Assembly: GCA_012960845.1 (NCBI GenBank)
Contig: DUAN01000228.1
Span: forward strand, 1 to 57,951
Direction: 5' to 3'
DNA: 57,951 nt
DNA from: Planctomycetota bacterium
Lineage (GTDB): Bacteria > Planctomycetota > UBA8108 > UBA1146
Of this stretch, positions 27,040 to 37,829 are shown piece by piece. Below the pieces are notes generated by a model. It saw only the letters and a program-made list of their open reading frames with translations. It did not search any database and was not told the DNA's origin. Each line of letters starts with the position of its first letter. Positions within the stretch are counted from its first letter, which is position 1. A program made the translations under genes and the position numbers.

Positions 27040-29604
27040 TCAGCGTCCGGCGACGATGTAACTGCCGCGGTTCTGCTCGGCCAGTTGCTCCATGAAGGTC
27101 GAGGTGAACCCGACCGAGATGGTGTGAATCGTCACCTGGCTCTCCTCATTGAGGCGTAGGATCTCCTCGAGGATTCGCTCGGTGTCGATGAAGGTACCCA
27201 TGCTGGGAGCCCCATCGGAGAGGAAGAAGATGGTGTCCACCTCACCCGCCTTCAGCACCTCGGCGAGGGAATCATAGATGTTGGTACCCCCTCCTGGCTG
27301 CAGCCCGAGTACGAATTGCTTGGCACTCTTCACCGATTTCTTCGACAACCTGACCGGATTGGGATGGAGATTGACCGGATTGTTGCTGAATTTAACCAGG
27401 TTGAAGAAGGTACCGGGTCGCAACTTCTCCAGTGCGGTGAGCAACTCATCCTTGGCCAGAGCGATTCTCTCCATCGTGTCCGATCCCCCACCCTCCCGCG
27501 GAACCGTTACCGAGGCACTCATGCTACCGGAGCAATCGATCACGAAGGCGATGCGGCGGCTGACGATCTCGACTCCGAAGTAAGAGGGAGTACGAGCCGC
27601 GTCAGGATCCGCCTTCCGCACATAGGTTTGACCGCCTTCTTGCTCCGCCTCACGACGTGCGATATCGACCGGGTCATAGCGATCTCGTTCTCGCTGCCAG
27701 TACTTGCGCCAATCGGCCACCTCTGGACCGAGGTCGGCACCGGTCGCCGCGATCAAACACGCCACTACTTGCGGTAACAGTGCACCCTTCTCGCGTTCCA
27801 TCGCATCGAGCAGGGCATCGATCAGCCGCGCATCGCGCTCCTTGCCGAGAGAGCGCAACGCTGCGGATCGAACCTGCCAGGCGGGATCGACCAGCGCCTC
27901 GATGCGACGGACCAGGCTGACCTCGCTGGAGATCTTGCCAAATGCGCTGATGACGAGGGTGCGAAGCGAGACATCCTTGCTGTTTCCGAGGGCCAGCAGC
28001 ATCTCCTGCGCCTCGGTCGGATCGAGCCGGATCAGTGCCCTCACCGCTTCCCGCTGGAAATCGATGTCGCGCCTCAACTTCCTCGAAGCCAGGATGATCT
28101 CCTCCACCGATGAGGCGGAGCCCAGTTGCGCCAGCGCTCTCACTGCAGCTCTCCTCAAGACTGCAGATGGATGCATCAGCAGTCCTGCAAGAATCGGCTC
28201 TGCCGGCTGGTAGTGGGCTCTACCGAGCACATCGGCCGCTGTATATCGAGCCAGCAAAGGAGCCCGATCCGCATCCAGGTTCTTGTCACTCAACCACTTC
28301 AACGCCTTGGGATCACGCACCGAACGAAGCGAGCGGAGAAGTTGATCAAACTTCCTTCGCTGCTTCTGCGGCATCTTCTCGGGATCGGTCCCTTCAGGGA
28401 TGAATCCCACCATCATCCTGGTCGCCTCACGACTCCCGATTCTGCCGAGCAGATCGATCGCTGCGGAAGCCACGGCCACTTCCGATCCCTTGGCCCAGCG
28501 CTCCAGCGGTTTCAGTGAGACCCTTTTCAGATGTCGTGGTCGCAACGCGTCGAGCACCTGGCGGCGCCCGAGCGAGGTCAAGGAGGGCAAGTGGGTCAGC
28601 ACCAGACGTGCGGCCTCATGATCTCCCACCGCCAGCAGCGGTACCGCCGCGATCGCCTGGATGTTCTTGTCTGGATGACCGAGCAGTTGGCGCAGGAATC
28701 GCTCTGATTCGCGGCAACGACAATCCCCCGCCTCATCGAGCACTTTCTTGAGTTCCTTGGTGCCGGCGCTCTTCTCGGCATAAGGAAGTGCGCTCCAGCG
28801 AGACAGTTGCCGATCCCAGTCTCTCACCACCTCGATCATCCGCTCCCGCGGTGGACGAAGGGTCGCCAGCCGGTTCTGCGCCTTGCGCGCCGCTCCCTTC
28901 CTTGGAAAGCGAAAGATCAGTCGATTCCACACCGAGCGAGCCTGGTCATACTTGCCCTGCTCGCGCAGACAGAATCCGCCATCATAGAGGCACTCTGGCA
29001 CCAGCTCGTGCTCGGGAAACTTCACCGCAACCTGGTCAAAGTGAGCCTGCGCGCCGGCCCAGTCGAACGATTCCTCGAGGCAATGCCCCAGCCCGTGGAG
29101 TGCCACCGCCATCGTGTCTGCACCGTCACCGAGGGCCAGGTACTGCTGATACCCTTCGGTGGCGGGGCGAGTTCGTCCGAGCCGCCGCTGGCACTCGGAG
29201 CGGTACGCCAGCGCCTGAAGCGCCGCAGCGGTCTCGGGCCATTGCTGCCGGATCTGCTCGAACTGCTCCTCCAGTTCGAGCAATCGCTCGCTGCGGGCCT
29301 TGGCCGACCGCGGCAGCGAACCGAGTCGCTCGACCGACCGATTCAATTGATCGAGCGCGTCCTGTTCTGGTCCCTGGATCGGCTCTTCGGGGGAGTCGGT
29401 CGCGTCGTCCGCCTCGTCGTCGTCCGCCTCGTCGTCGGTCGCATCATCCGGCGCCGCAGGCTGCTGCGCCAGCGGCACTCGCAGCGTGGCCACCGGAGTG
29501 GATGCCGACACGGAGTCTGTCAGCAGCACCGTGCCAGACAGCAGCACCGTGCCAGACAGCAGCACCGAAACCAGGAACGATGCCAGCCAGAAGATTCGAG
29601 TCAT
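27040..29604 (-). CDS. Exported TPR + HEAT-repeat + vWA domain protein
   Basis: Signal peptide, TPR-like helices, HEAT repeats (DPAWQVRSAA) and MIDAS motifs DCSGSM, GGGTN, LSDG. Confidence 0.85.
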   Translation of the reverse strand: MTRIFWLASFLVSVLLSGTVLLSGTVLLTDSVSASTPVATLRVPLAQQPAAPDDATDDEADDDEADDATDSPEEPIQGPEQDALDQLNRSVERLGSLPRSAKARSERLLELEEQFEQIRQQWPETAAALQALAYRSECQRRLGRTRPATEGYQQYLALGDGADTMAVALHGLGHCLEESFDWAGAQAHFDQVAVKFPEHELVPECLYDGGFCLREQGKYDQARSVWNRLIFRFPRKGAARKAQNRLATLRPPRERMIEVVRDWDRQLSRWSALPYAEKSAGTKELKKVLDEAGDCRCRESERFLRQLLGHPDKNIQAIAAVPLLAVGDHEAARLVLTHLPSLTSLGRRQVLDALRPRHLKRVSLKPLERWAKGSEVAVASAAIDLLGRIGSREATRMMVGFIPEGTDPEKMPQKQRRKFDQLLRSLRSVRDPKALKWLSDKNLDADRAPLLARYTAADVLGRAHYQPAEPILAGLLMHPSAVLRRAAVRALAQLGSASSVEEIILASRKLRRDIDFQREAVRALIRLDPTEAQEMLLALGNSKDVSLRTLVISAFGKISSEVSLVRRIEALVDPAWQVRSAALRSLGKERDARLIDALLDAMEREKGALLPQVVACLIAATGADLGPEVADWRKYWQRERDRYDPVDIARREAEQEGGQTYVRKADPDAARTPSYFGVEIVSRRIAFVIDCSGSMSASVTVPREGGGSDTMERIALAKDELLTALEKLRPGTFFNLVKFSNNPVNLHPNPVRLSKKSVKSAKQFVLGLQPGGGTNIYDSLAEVLKAGEVDTIFFLSDGAPSMGTFIDTERILEEILRLNEESQVTIHTISVGFTSTFMEQLAEQNRGSYIVAGR
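29521..29567. repeat. 18-bp in-frame tandem repeat (VLLSGT) in the signal peptide
   Basis: CAGCAGCACCGTGCCAGA x~2.6. Confidence 0.9.
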
Positions 29605-29651
29605 GTCAGTACCCCTCGAGCGCTCATACCTTGCTCCTCGATTCGCACATC

Positions 29652-30086
29652 CTACACTCCGGCGGGCATCTGGGCGAGGTGGCGAGAGATCACGATGACA
29701 GCGATCACCATGGCACAGGCCAGAGCCAACCACATCGGAGCCTTCTCACGAATCCACGCCAGAGCCGCGGATTTCCCGACCATCGCATTGCCGATGAACA
29801 GGATCGCCAGCGCCAGGATGAGCTTGATTCCAAACAGCATGTGATAGGAAGGATCAACACCTTCTTCGATGGACTTCCAGAGCTGGTAGAAGCCGGTACC
29901 GATCAACAGCACCATTCCGATGTGCATCATCGGAGCCCAACGACTGCGAATCGCCTCACGGATCTGATCGGAATCGGCCGCTGCCGAGACCGCCGGATGA
30001 ATCGCACGCCACTGAAAAAACAGCGTCCCTGCGATGAAAAAAGCGACGATCACATGCACCAGGGTGCTGACTTCAGCTCCAGACAA
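29652..30086 (-). CDS. Four-TM membrane protein (CopD-like)
   Basis: Hydrophobic helices with His residues (LVHVI, YHMLFGIK). TTG at 30086 follows AGGAGG. Confidence 0.6.
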   Translation of the reverse strand: MSGAEVSTLVHVIVAFFIAGTLFFQWRAIHPAVSAAADSDQIREAIRSRWAPMMHIGMVLLIGTGFYQLWKSIEEGVDPSYHMLFGIKLILALAILFIGNAMVGKSAALAWIREKAPMWLALACAMVIAVIVISRHLAQMPAGV

Positions 30087-30182
30087 TGTAGTCCTCCTGA
30101 CGAGCAATGGTTGTCCTGATAGGATTTGCCCCACATCATGCCCGCAGAGAGTAGAAATGCCACCCGAGATTCAGGAGGCCGC

Positions 30183-30836
30183 TTGTCCAGTGCACCACTC
30201 CAGCCCGATGGATTTGTCGATAAACTGGGTGAATCTCGCGCCAGTGCCATCCTGAGAACTCCCCACGGGGACCTTGCTGTGGATGCGATGAAATGTGCCA
30301 TCTCCGCTGGATTCCGTATCTGCGAGTTCACCCTGACGATTCCCGGGGCACTTCAGCACATCGAGACCATCGCCTGTCAATATCCGGATGTGACGGTGGG
30401 TGCGGGCACGGTCCTGACTCCGAACCAGGCACAGGATGCGGTCTCGGCCGGTGCTCGTTTTCTCGTTTCTCCAGTACTCGATCGCCAGGTGGTCGAGACC
30501 GCCGCCGAACTGGGGGTCGCCATCATTCCGGGGTGCAGTACCCCGACCGAGATGCTGGCCGCTCACCAGGCGGGCGCGCCGCTGGTCAAGTTGTTCCCGG
30601 GCCCGGCCGGTGGACCCAGCTGGGTGCAGGCGGTTCTGGGTCCACTTCCGTTCCTCAAGATCATTCCCACCAGCGGAGTGGACTTGCATAATGCCGCTGA
30701 ATTTCTGTCCGCCGGTGCACATGCCATCGGATTTGTCGCACCGCTCTTCGATCCGGTCGCCATCGAGAATCAGGATTGGCCACAGATCGAAGACCGAGGG
30801 CGTGAACTTCTCGCAGCCTGTCGACAGGCGCGCTAG
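30183..30836 (+). CDS. eda: KDPG/KHG aldolase
   Basis: Motifs EFTLT, VGAGTVL, FLVSP, TPTE, VKLFP and PTSGV. Confidence 0.92.
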   Translation: MSSAPLQPDGFVDKLGESRASAILRTPHGDLAVDAMKCAISAGFRICEFTLTIPGALQHIETIACQYPDVTVGAGTVLTPNQAQDAVSAGARFLVSPVLDRQVVETAAELGVAIIPGCSTPTEMLAAHQAGAPLVKLFPGPAGGPSWVQAVLGPLPFLKIIPTSGVDLHNAAEFLSAGAHAIGFVAPLFDPVAIENQDWPQIEDRGRELLAACRQAR

Positions 30837-30872
30837 CCTGTCGCGGACAGCCTTCAACAGAAAGGATCGGAT

Positions 30873-31589
30873 GTGACCTATCTCGGCAAGGAAACGACCT
30901 TTCGCTGGCTCGGCCATGCATCGTTTTTGGTTGGAACACCTTCCGGCCGCAACATTCTCATCGATCCATGGCTGGAAAACCCCAGTTGCCCTGACGATTG
31001 CAAGGAGTTCGAGCAGGTCGACCTGATCTTGCTGACTCATGGACACTGGGATCACTTCACCAGTGTCGTTCCACAGGCCAAGAAGCATGGTGCTCGAGTC
31101 GTGTGTAATGTCGAACTGGCACACTGGCTGAGAAAGCTCGGCCTCGAAGAAGACCAGCTGGTCGAGATGAACAAGGGTGGCACTGTCGAGGTGTGCGGAC
31201 TTCAGGTCACCATGACCGATGCCCGACACTCCTCGGGGGTGGTCATCGATGACGAGTATCGTTATGCCGGTGAAGCGTGTGGATTTGTCGTGGAAACGGA
31301 AAACGAATTTCGCTTCTTCTACGCCGGAGACACCTCGGTATTTGGTGACATGGCGTTGATCGCCGAATTGTACTCGCCGTCGATGGCGATCTTGCCGATC
31401 GGAGATGTTTATACCATGGGCCCCAGAGAAGCGGCCAAGGCGGCGCATCTACTCGGAGTCCAGATGGTCATACCGATGCATTTCGGCAGTTTCCCACGAC
31501 TCCATGGGACTCCCGAGCAATTGCGAGAAGCGATCGGCAACTTACCCATCGAGGTGATCGACATCGAACCGGGCCAGATCATCGAGTGA
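30873..31589 (+). CDS. Metallo-beta-lactamase-fold hydrolase (UPF0173-like)
   Basis: Motifs WLGHAS, THGHWDH, YAGDT, LPIGD.YTMGP and IPMH. Confidence 0.9.
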   Translation: MTYLGKETTFRWLGHASFLVGTPSGRNILIDPWLENPSCPDDCKEFEQVDLILLTHGHWDHFTSVVPQAKKHGARVVCNVELAHWLRKLGLEEDQLVEMNKGGTVEVCGLQVTMTDARHSSGVVIDDEYRYAGEACGFVVETENEFRFFYAGDTSVFGDMALIAELYSPSMAILPIGDVYTMGPREAAKAAHLLGVQMVIPMHFGSFPRLHGTPEQLREAIGNLPIEVIDIEPGQIIE

Positions 31590-32539
31590 CGATGCCAAAA
31601 CGATCATCCGGTCGCATCGGTTCTCTGCTGGTGTTGACCAATCCAGGGTCGAGACGAGCCGCCGAAGTTCGAAAGGAACTCGAGGATACCGTTTCGTCTC
31701 TCGATCCTGCTCCCCGGATGATCTGGTGTGAAGTGACCTCTACACCCGAGGACCCTGGTCCCGTCGATCGTATCTTCATCGTCGGTGGCGATGGCACCGT
31801 CAATCTGGCGCTGAGGTGGCTCGAACAAGCAGCGGTCGAGGCTCCGGCGGCGATCATTCCGGCAGGAACTGGAAACAATCTGGCGCGAGGTCTGGGGATC
31901 CCCACCACTCCTGCCCGGTCGATTGCGCTGGCACTCGATGCCACGGCCACTCGCAAGATCGACGCGGTGCGCTACACCCTCGATGATGTATCGACAGGAT
32001 TGATGTTGCAGGTCGCAGCACTGGGATTCCCGGCAGTGGTGGCGAGGAAATTTGATCGGTTACGACGGCAACCCGTGATCCGCCATCCGATCCGCTGGTT
32101 GGGAGATTTCTGCTACCGGATTCTCGCCATCATCACCCTCTTCAGCCGTCACACCGCTCCCATCCGCTGGAAATTCAAGACCCAGGACCACTCCTGGGAA
32201 GCCGCTGGAATGGCACTGTTTCTGGGCAATGAGGGAACCATCGGAGGTGGATTTCGGCCCTGCCCCGCGGCGCTGCTCGACGATGGGTTACTGGACCAGT
32301 GCCTGATCCCCTCGCTCACTCCCTGGTCCGCGATGAAGTTATTCCCGAAGATCTCCAGAGGCACCCATCTCGAAGCGTGTCCCGACATCACCTACAGGCA
32401 AGACCAGAAGATACGCATCGAGCAGCCGGCCGGACCTTTTCTGGTCGACGGGGATATCGTTGGAAATCCTCAGGTCATCGAGCTGGAGGTGCTGGCGCAC
32501 CACTTCGAGGTTTTCCTGCCGCAGCCATTCGAAGTATAG
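31586..32539 (+). CDS. Diacylglycerol/lipid kinase family protein
   Basis: Motifs NPGS, GGDGT, PAGTGNNLAR, DDGLLD and VDGD. Confidence 0.9.
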   Translation: MTMPKRSSGRIGSLLVLTNPGSRRAAEVRKELEDTVSSLDPAPRMIWCEVTSTPEDPGPVDRIFIVGGDGTVNLALRWLEQAAVEAPAAIIPAGTGNNLARGLGIPTTPARSIALALDATATRKIDAVRYTLDDVSTGLMLQVAALGFPAVVARKFDRLRRQPVIRHPIRWLGDFCYRILAIITLFSRHTAPIRWKFKTQDHSWEAAGMALFLGNEGTIGGGFRPCPAALLDDGLLDQCLIPSLTPWSAMKLFPKISRGTHLEACPDITYRQDQKIRIEQPAGPFLVDGDIVGNPQVIELEVLAHHFEVFLPQPFEV

Positions 32540-32572
32540 TCATTGGAAGAGAAGTGATTCGAGGGAGAGAGG

Positions 32573-33751
32573 ATGAATCGGATGCCAGAAGCCAGGTTCC
32601 AGAGACGGATCAGCACTCGTTGTTGGTCGATCATCGCAGGGGTGATCTCATCCCTGGTGATGCTGGTGGGAGGCTGCAGCCAGCCTCCGGAAGTGCCGAT
32701 CCAGCAGGCCATCTGGGTCACCCGCTGGGATTACAAGACGCAAGATGATGTGGAACAGTGCATCCAGAACGTAGCGGATGGAGGGTTCGATACGGTGATC
32801 TTCCAGGTACGCGGCAACGGGACCGTCTTCTATCGTTCCCAACTGGAGCCGTGGGCTGAGGAATTTGATCACACCGATCCTGGTTTCGATCCGCTGGCCA
32901 TCGCTTGCCAGGAAGCCGCTCGACACGGCCTGGCCATCCATGCATGGATCAATGCGGTCCCGGGATGGCGCGGGGATACGCCGCCGCCAGTAACGACCCC
33001 TCCCCAGCACTGGAATGCCCACCCCGACTGGTTTCTTCACGACTCACAACAAAAACGCCAACCGTTACAACCAAATTACTACGTGGCGCTGAATCCATGC
33101 TTACCCACGGTGCGAAAGCACGTGGCAGATATCTGCTCGGAAATCGTTGAAAAGTATCCGGTCGCCGGGATTCACCTCGACTACATCCGGTTCCTCGAAT
33201 CTGGAGTGGAGATCGACTACCCGCGCGATCCGCAGAGCCTCGCACGATTTACTCGACAGACAGGAGTGGTCGACCCGGAACAGGACTCGGAAGCCTGGGA
33301 TCGCTGGCGACGCGATCAGGTCACCGAGATGGTGCGGGAAATCAGGGTCGCGGTGAAGTTGGCGGATCGTCGAGCCCTGCTCACTGCAGCGGTGTACCGC
33401 ACCCCGGAGATCGCCTATCAACGGGTGCGACAGGACTGGCCCCGCTGGCTCCGCCTCGGATTGATCGATGCGGTGTTCCCGATGCAGTACGACCGGGAAG
33501 TCCCCCGCTTCGAGGAGCGGGTACAGGAGTGCTTGCATCAGGCTCGTGGCTATCCGGTACTGATGGGTCTGGGCACTTACCTGCATCCGGACCCCGAGGT
33601 GACCCTCCAGCAGCAGAAACTGGCGCTTCGCCTCGGCTGCCAGGGCATCTGCCACTTCGCCTACTCATCCTTCTACTCGACTCACTCCACTTCGGTCGCA
33701 GAAGAGTCGCTACGAAAGGTCCGGCGGAGCCGAATTCTGGGCACCAGTTAA
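32573..33751 (+). CDS. GHL10/DUF187-family glycoside hydrolase lipoprotein
   Basis: Lipobox VGGC; motifs AIWVTR, FQVRG, FDPL, IHAWIN, GIHLDYIR and QDW. Confidence 0.88.
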   Translation: MNRMPEARFQRRISTRCWSIIAGVISSLVMLVGGCSQPPEVPIQQAIWVTRWDYKTQDDVEQCIQNVADGGFDTVIFQVRGNGTVFYRSQLEPWAEEFDHTDPGFDPLAIACQEAARHGLAIHAWINAVPGWRGDTPPPVTTPPQHWNAHPDWFLHDSQQKRQPLQPNYYVALNPCLPTVRKHVADICSEIVEKYPVAGIHLDYIRFLESGVEIDYPRDPQSLARFTRQTGVVDPEQDSEAWDRWRRDQVTEMVREIRVAVKLADRRALLTAAVYRTPEIAYQRVRQDWPRWLRLGLIDAVFPMQYDREVPRFEERVQECLHQARGYPVLMGLGTYLHPDPEVTLQQQKLALRLGCQGICHFAYSSFYSTHSTSVAEESLRKVRRSRILGTS

Positions 33752-34007
33752 CGCCATAACCTCTTTAAAATAACAGATTTAAGATTCTACCCGGCAATTC
33801 CATGAAAACGGGAACTTCCCACGAAAAGGGATCGTCTCCAAGTTGACGATTTCTCGTTAAAGTTGGGTACACTATAGATTCGGATCGAAGCCTGTGGTCA
33901 CCATCGACCGTCGATCCATAGACCGCCCAAATGAGTTGCACTGTGGGACTCTGAGGATAGATTCGTGTAGAGAACAAGATCAATGGTCACTCTGAAAGGA
34001 CCTCATC

Positions 34008-34238
34008 ATGCGTAAGTTCGCACTCGCCTTCGTCGTATTTGGAAGCTTGGCTCTGGCCGGCTGTAGTAACTTTGCCCCGGTCAAAGCCACTGCTGACGCC
34101 GGTTGCAGCGCTGCCACCACTTGCTCCAAGGCCGCCCCCTCCGACTGTGGAGGTTGCCCCATTGCTGCCGCCGCTGCCGCCGCTGCCAAGGTAGCCTGTG
34201 GAGACGACTGCTCCAAGCCGTGCTGCGCCGACAAGTAG
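34008..34238 (+). CDS. Small Cys-rich lipoprotein (metallothionein-like)
   Basis: AAGGA RBS, lipobox LAGC, 8 further Cys (CGGC, CGDDC, CSKPCC). AT-rich upstream region and its own terminator. Confidence 0.8.
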   Translation: MRKFALAFVVFGSLALAGCSNFAPVKATADAGCSAATTCSKAAPSDCGGCPIAAAAAAAAKVACGDDCSKPCCADK

Positions 34239-34265
34239 TCGACCGTAGTTCGTGATTAGAATATT

Positions 34266-34302
34266 AAAGGGTGCCGGGTCCTCGACCTGGCACCCTTTTT
34301 TT
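34266..34302 (+). terminator. Rho-independent terminator
   Basis: GGGTGCCGGGTC-CTC-GACCTGGCACCC followed by T7. Confidence 0.9.
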
Positions 34303-34330
34303 CATCCGGATTTTCCATCTCAAATTCCGT

Positions 34331-34375
34331 GGATCCAACTCAACTTCTTTGGATCCAACTCAACTTCTTTGGATC
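34331..34375. repeat. 20-bp tandem repeat x2 (GGATCCAACTCAACTTCTTT)
   Basis: Read directly from the sequence. Confidence 0.9.
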
Positions 34376-34483
34376 GATGGGTTGGAGAGACGAGGCGGAT
34401 GGGAGCAATTTCACCTGCGAGCGATCGGGCACTCTTCTGCGACCTCGATCTGCCAGGCTCGCTGATCTACCGGAATCGCTGAT

Positions 34484-35757
34484 CTACCTGACTCGCTGTG
34501 GTTTTCTCGGCTGCTTCTCGATGTTCTCGATGCGTTTCTGCGGAGGCGAATCCTTCAAAGCCTTCGCCATCACCGATGCGCTCCAGGCAGTTCCATAGAT
34601 CCGATGATACGAGAACATCGAATAGTCCCACATCGAGCCGTCCGACTCCTGGGTCGCAAGGATCTTCTCGATCAGTTTCGGCCACCATTGCAGGCGCAAC
34701 TCCTGCGGCAGAAGTCGAATCAGATCGCCGGCATAATAGTGGCCGTAGAAGAAGAAGTAGCCGCTGTTGTCGTAGTAAGCCTCGTGAGGATGGGGACGAC
34801 CCCGTGCAAGCGATACGAACTTGTGATGGCGCACCAGCAACTGGTCGAGCCCGCTGACGATGTTCTGGTAACTCACCTCGCCAGCGTCACCACAGACCCT
34901 CAGCGCCAGATTTCCAACCTGGATCCGACACAAGGACCCCTTGATCTGATTGATCTCTGTCAGTCCTTCTGAACTGGGGATCACCGAGACATTGTAGTCG
35001 TATGCCCCGTTGGGAAGTCTACAGCGACGCAATGCGCGCAACCCTCGCTGCTGCATCTTGTCGGGAACCGCCAGCCCCACCCCCTCACATTGCTCGAAGA
35101 TCAACAATAGCGATGCGGTGACAAAAGAAGTTCCCCAGGTGGGACGGCGAGTGATGGGTGGATCATCGTAGTAGGCCCAGCCACCGTCGGGGCTCTGATA
35201 CAGTTCCAGTGTCACGATCAGATCTTCACCCAGTTTTCTGAGCCGCCCCCTGCGCTCGCTGCCGATTGCGAGCGGATCCTCGGCGAGCGCCCGAGCCACT
35301 GCCTCCAGCGCATAGACATAAGCCCAGACATTGTCGGTGTCCCAGTTGAGAATCCTCTTGCGGCGGCCATTCTCACAGATGTGATCGAGACCACGATGCA
35401 GCGCCTTGCGGATCTTCTCGGCGGAACCTTTCGGCGCCACTTCCGCCAGATCCATCAGGGTCACGCAGGTGATGGCGGTGGTCGCCACCTGCCAGGCGTA
35501 GTGCTGGCCAGGAACCGACCAACCCCAATCATCGGAACCGATGGGTCCACGCCAGTGACCAAAGGCTCCGTCCGGTTCCTGATGGTCGAGCAAGTAATGC
35601 AGAGCCTGGTGTAATCCAGTGGTGGCTGCTGCCCTCCAGTCCGACTCGGCCCCAGCAACCGGATCGACTACGGCAGCAGGATCGGCTACGGCGACAGGAT
35701 CAGTGGATCCGGTCAGTGAGAGCCCACTCAGAATCGTCGCGATGACGATCGGATGCA

Positions 35758-35758
<1 letters not shown>
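34484..35758 (-). CDS. Exported prenyltransferase/squalene-oxidase-repeat (alpha/alpha toroid) protein
   Basis: Signal peptide; QW-like motifs HQEPDGAF, YQSPDGGW and TQESDGSMW. Confidence 0.75.
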
Positions 35759-36663
<905 letters not shown>

Positions 36664-36778
36664 GGGGCTCCTTGCCTTTCGCTTGATTGCCGCTCGTTCG
36701 GTTACAGAGGCCAGTGTCCAGCATCCATGGCATGAGGCAAGAAGCGGAAGTGACAGAAAATTGTCAAACCAGGCACCT

Positions 36779-37156
36779 TCAGGGCGTTCGGTCCGGTCGA
36801 GACAACCCCACCTCCACCTGTGCCGAATCGGAGACTCGCATCGGGTGACAGACCAGATCCTGTGTTGTGGGGCCATCGAGCACCGAGCCGCTACTGGCAT
36901 CGAAGCAGGCTCCATGGAGCGGACACTCCACCTGACCGTCCTCCACGGTGGCCCCGACCATCGATGCTCCCAGGTGCGGACAACGATCATCGAAGACGGC
37001 AATTCGTGCGCCCTGGCGCACCGCCATCAGACTCCGACCTCCGACCGTATCGAAGAACGGTTCCTCATCCTCGATCTCTCCCACCGAGCAGACACGATAC
37101 CACTCCAGATCCTCAGCAGCAGGGTCCAGAGGAAGGTCACCGGTGGCGTCACTCAT
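36779..37156 (-). CDS. Rieske [2Fe-2S] ferredoxin
   Basis: CPHLG...CPLHG ligand motifs. Confidence 0.92.
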   Translation of the reverse strand: MSDATGDLPLDPAAEDLEWYRVCSVGEIEDEEPFFDTVGGRSLMAVRQGARIAVFDDRCPHLGASMVGATVEDGQVECPLHGACFDASSGSVLDGPTTQDLVCHPMRVSDSAQVEVGLSRPDRTP

Positions 37157-37739
37157 AGAAGGGATTGTCTCCAGCGGCGTGATCGGTGGAGTCGTGGATA
37201 TTTTTCACTCTGGGGACCTTCTGGCGAATCAAAGTTTCCACTCCTTGGCGCAAGGTCATCGCTGCCATTCCGCAACCCTGACAACCTCCACCCATGTGAA
37301 CGAAGATGTCAGTCTCCTTCACATCGACCACTTCGATGAATCCACCATGCGCCGCCACCATCGGGTTCATCTCATCATTGAGCAAATTCTGGATCTCGAC
37401 GAACAGTTCCTTCTCTTCCTCGTTCATCTGGCGCGACCGATTCTGTTGGATTCGTTCGAGTCCCTCGAAATGGGTCTGGATGAGTTCGCTGGCCCGCTCA
37501 GCAATCGGTCCCCATGGGGGCCCCTCGATCGGCTTCAACAAGGTGACGATTCGATCCTGAAGCAACACCGCTTCGAGTCCTTCGATCTGCACCAGCAACT
37601 GCCCCAGAGGACTGGCGCTGGCTTCCTCCACGGTAGAGAAGTACTCGGGCGTTTTTGCCACGACTCGATTGGTTTTGATCACGCAGGTATCGGATTTCGT
37701 TTCGTATGGTTCGATCTGGATCTCAAGTTTTTGATTCAT
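37149..37739 (-). CDS. NifU/NfuA-family Fe-S scaffold (Nfu N-terminal domain + CxxC domain)
   Basis: Motifs NPMVAAHGG, GGCQGC, TLRQGVE and DSTDH..G.NPFY. Confidence 0.9.
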   Translation of the reverse strand: MNQKLEIQIEPYETKSDTCVIKTNRVVAKTPEYFSTVEEASASPLGQLLVQIEGLEAVLLQDRIVTLLKPIEGPPWGPIAERASELIQTHFEGLERIQQNRSRQMNEEEKELFVEIQNLLNDEMNPMVAAHGGFIEVVDVKETDIFVHMGGGCQGCGMAAMTLRQGVETLIRQKVPRVKNIHDSTDHAAGDNPFYE

Positions 37740-37829
37740 AGAATTTCCTCTCGGGTCCGATGATGACCGGGAATTCTCTGAAGATCTAGACTTCCAGTGA
37801 TAATCCGGAGCGAGTCTTCACCAACAGGT

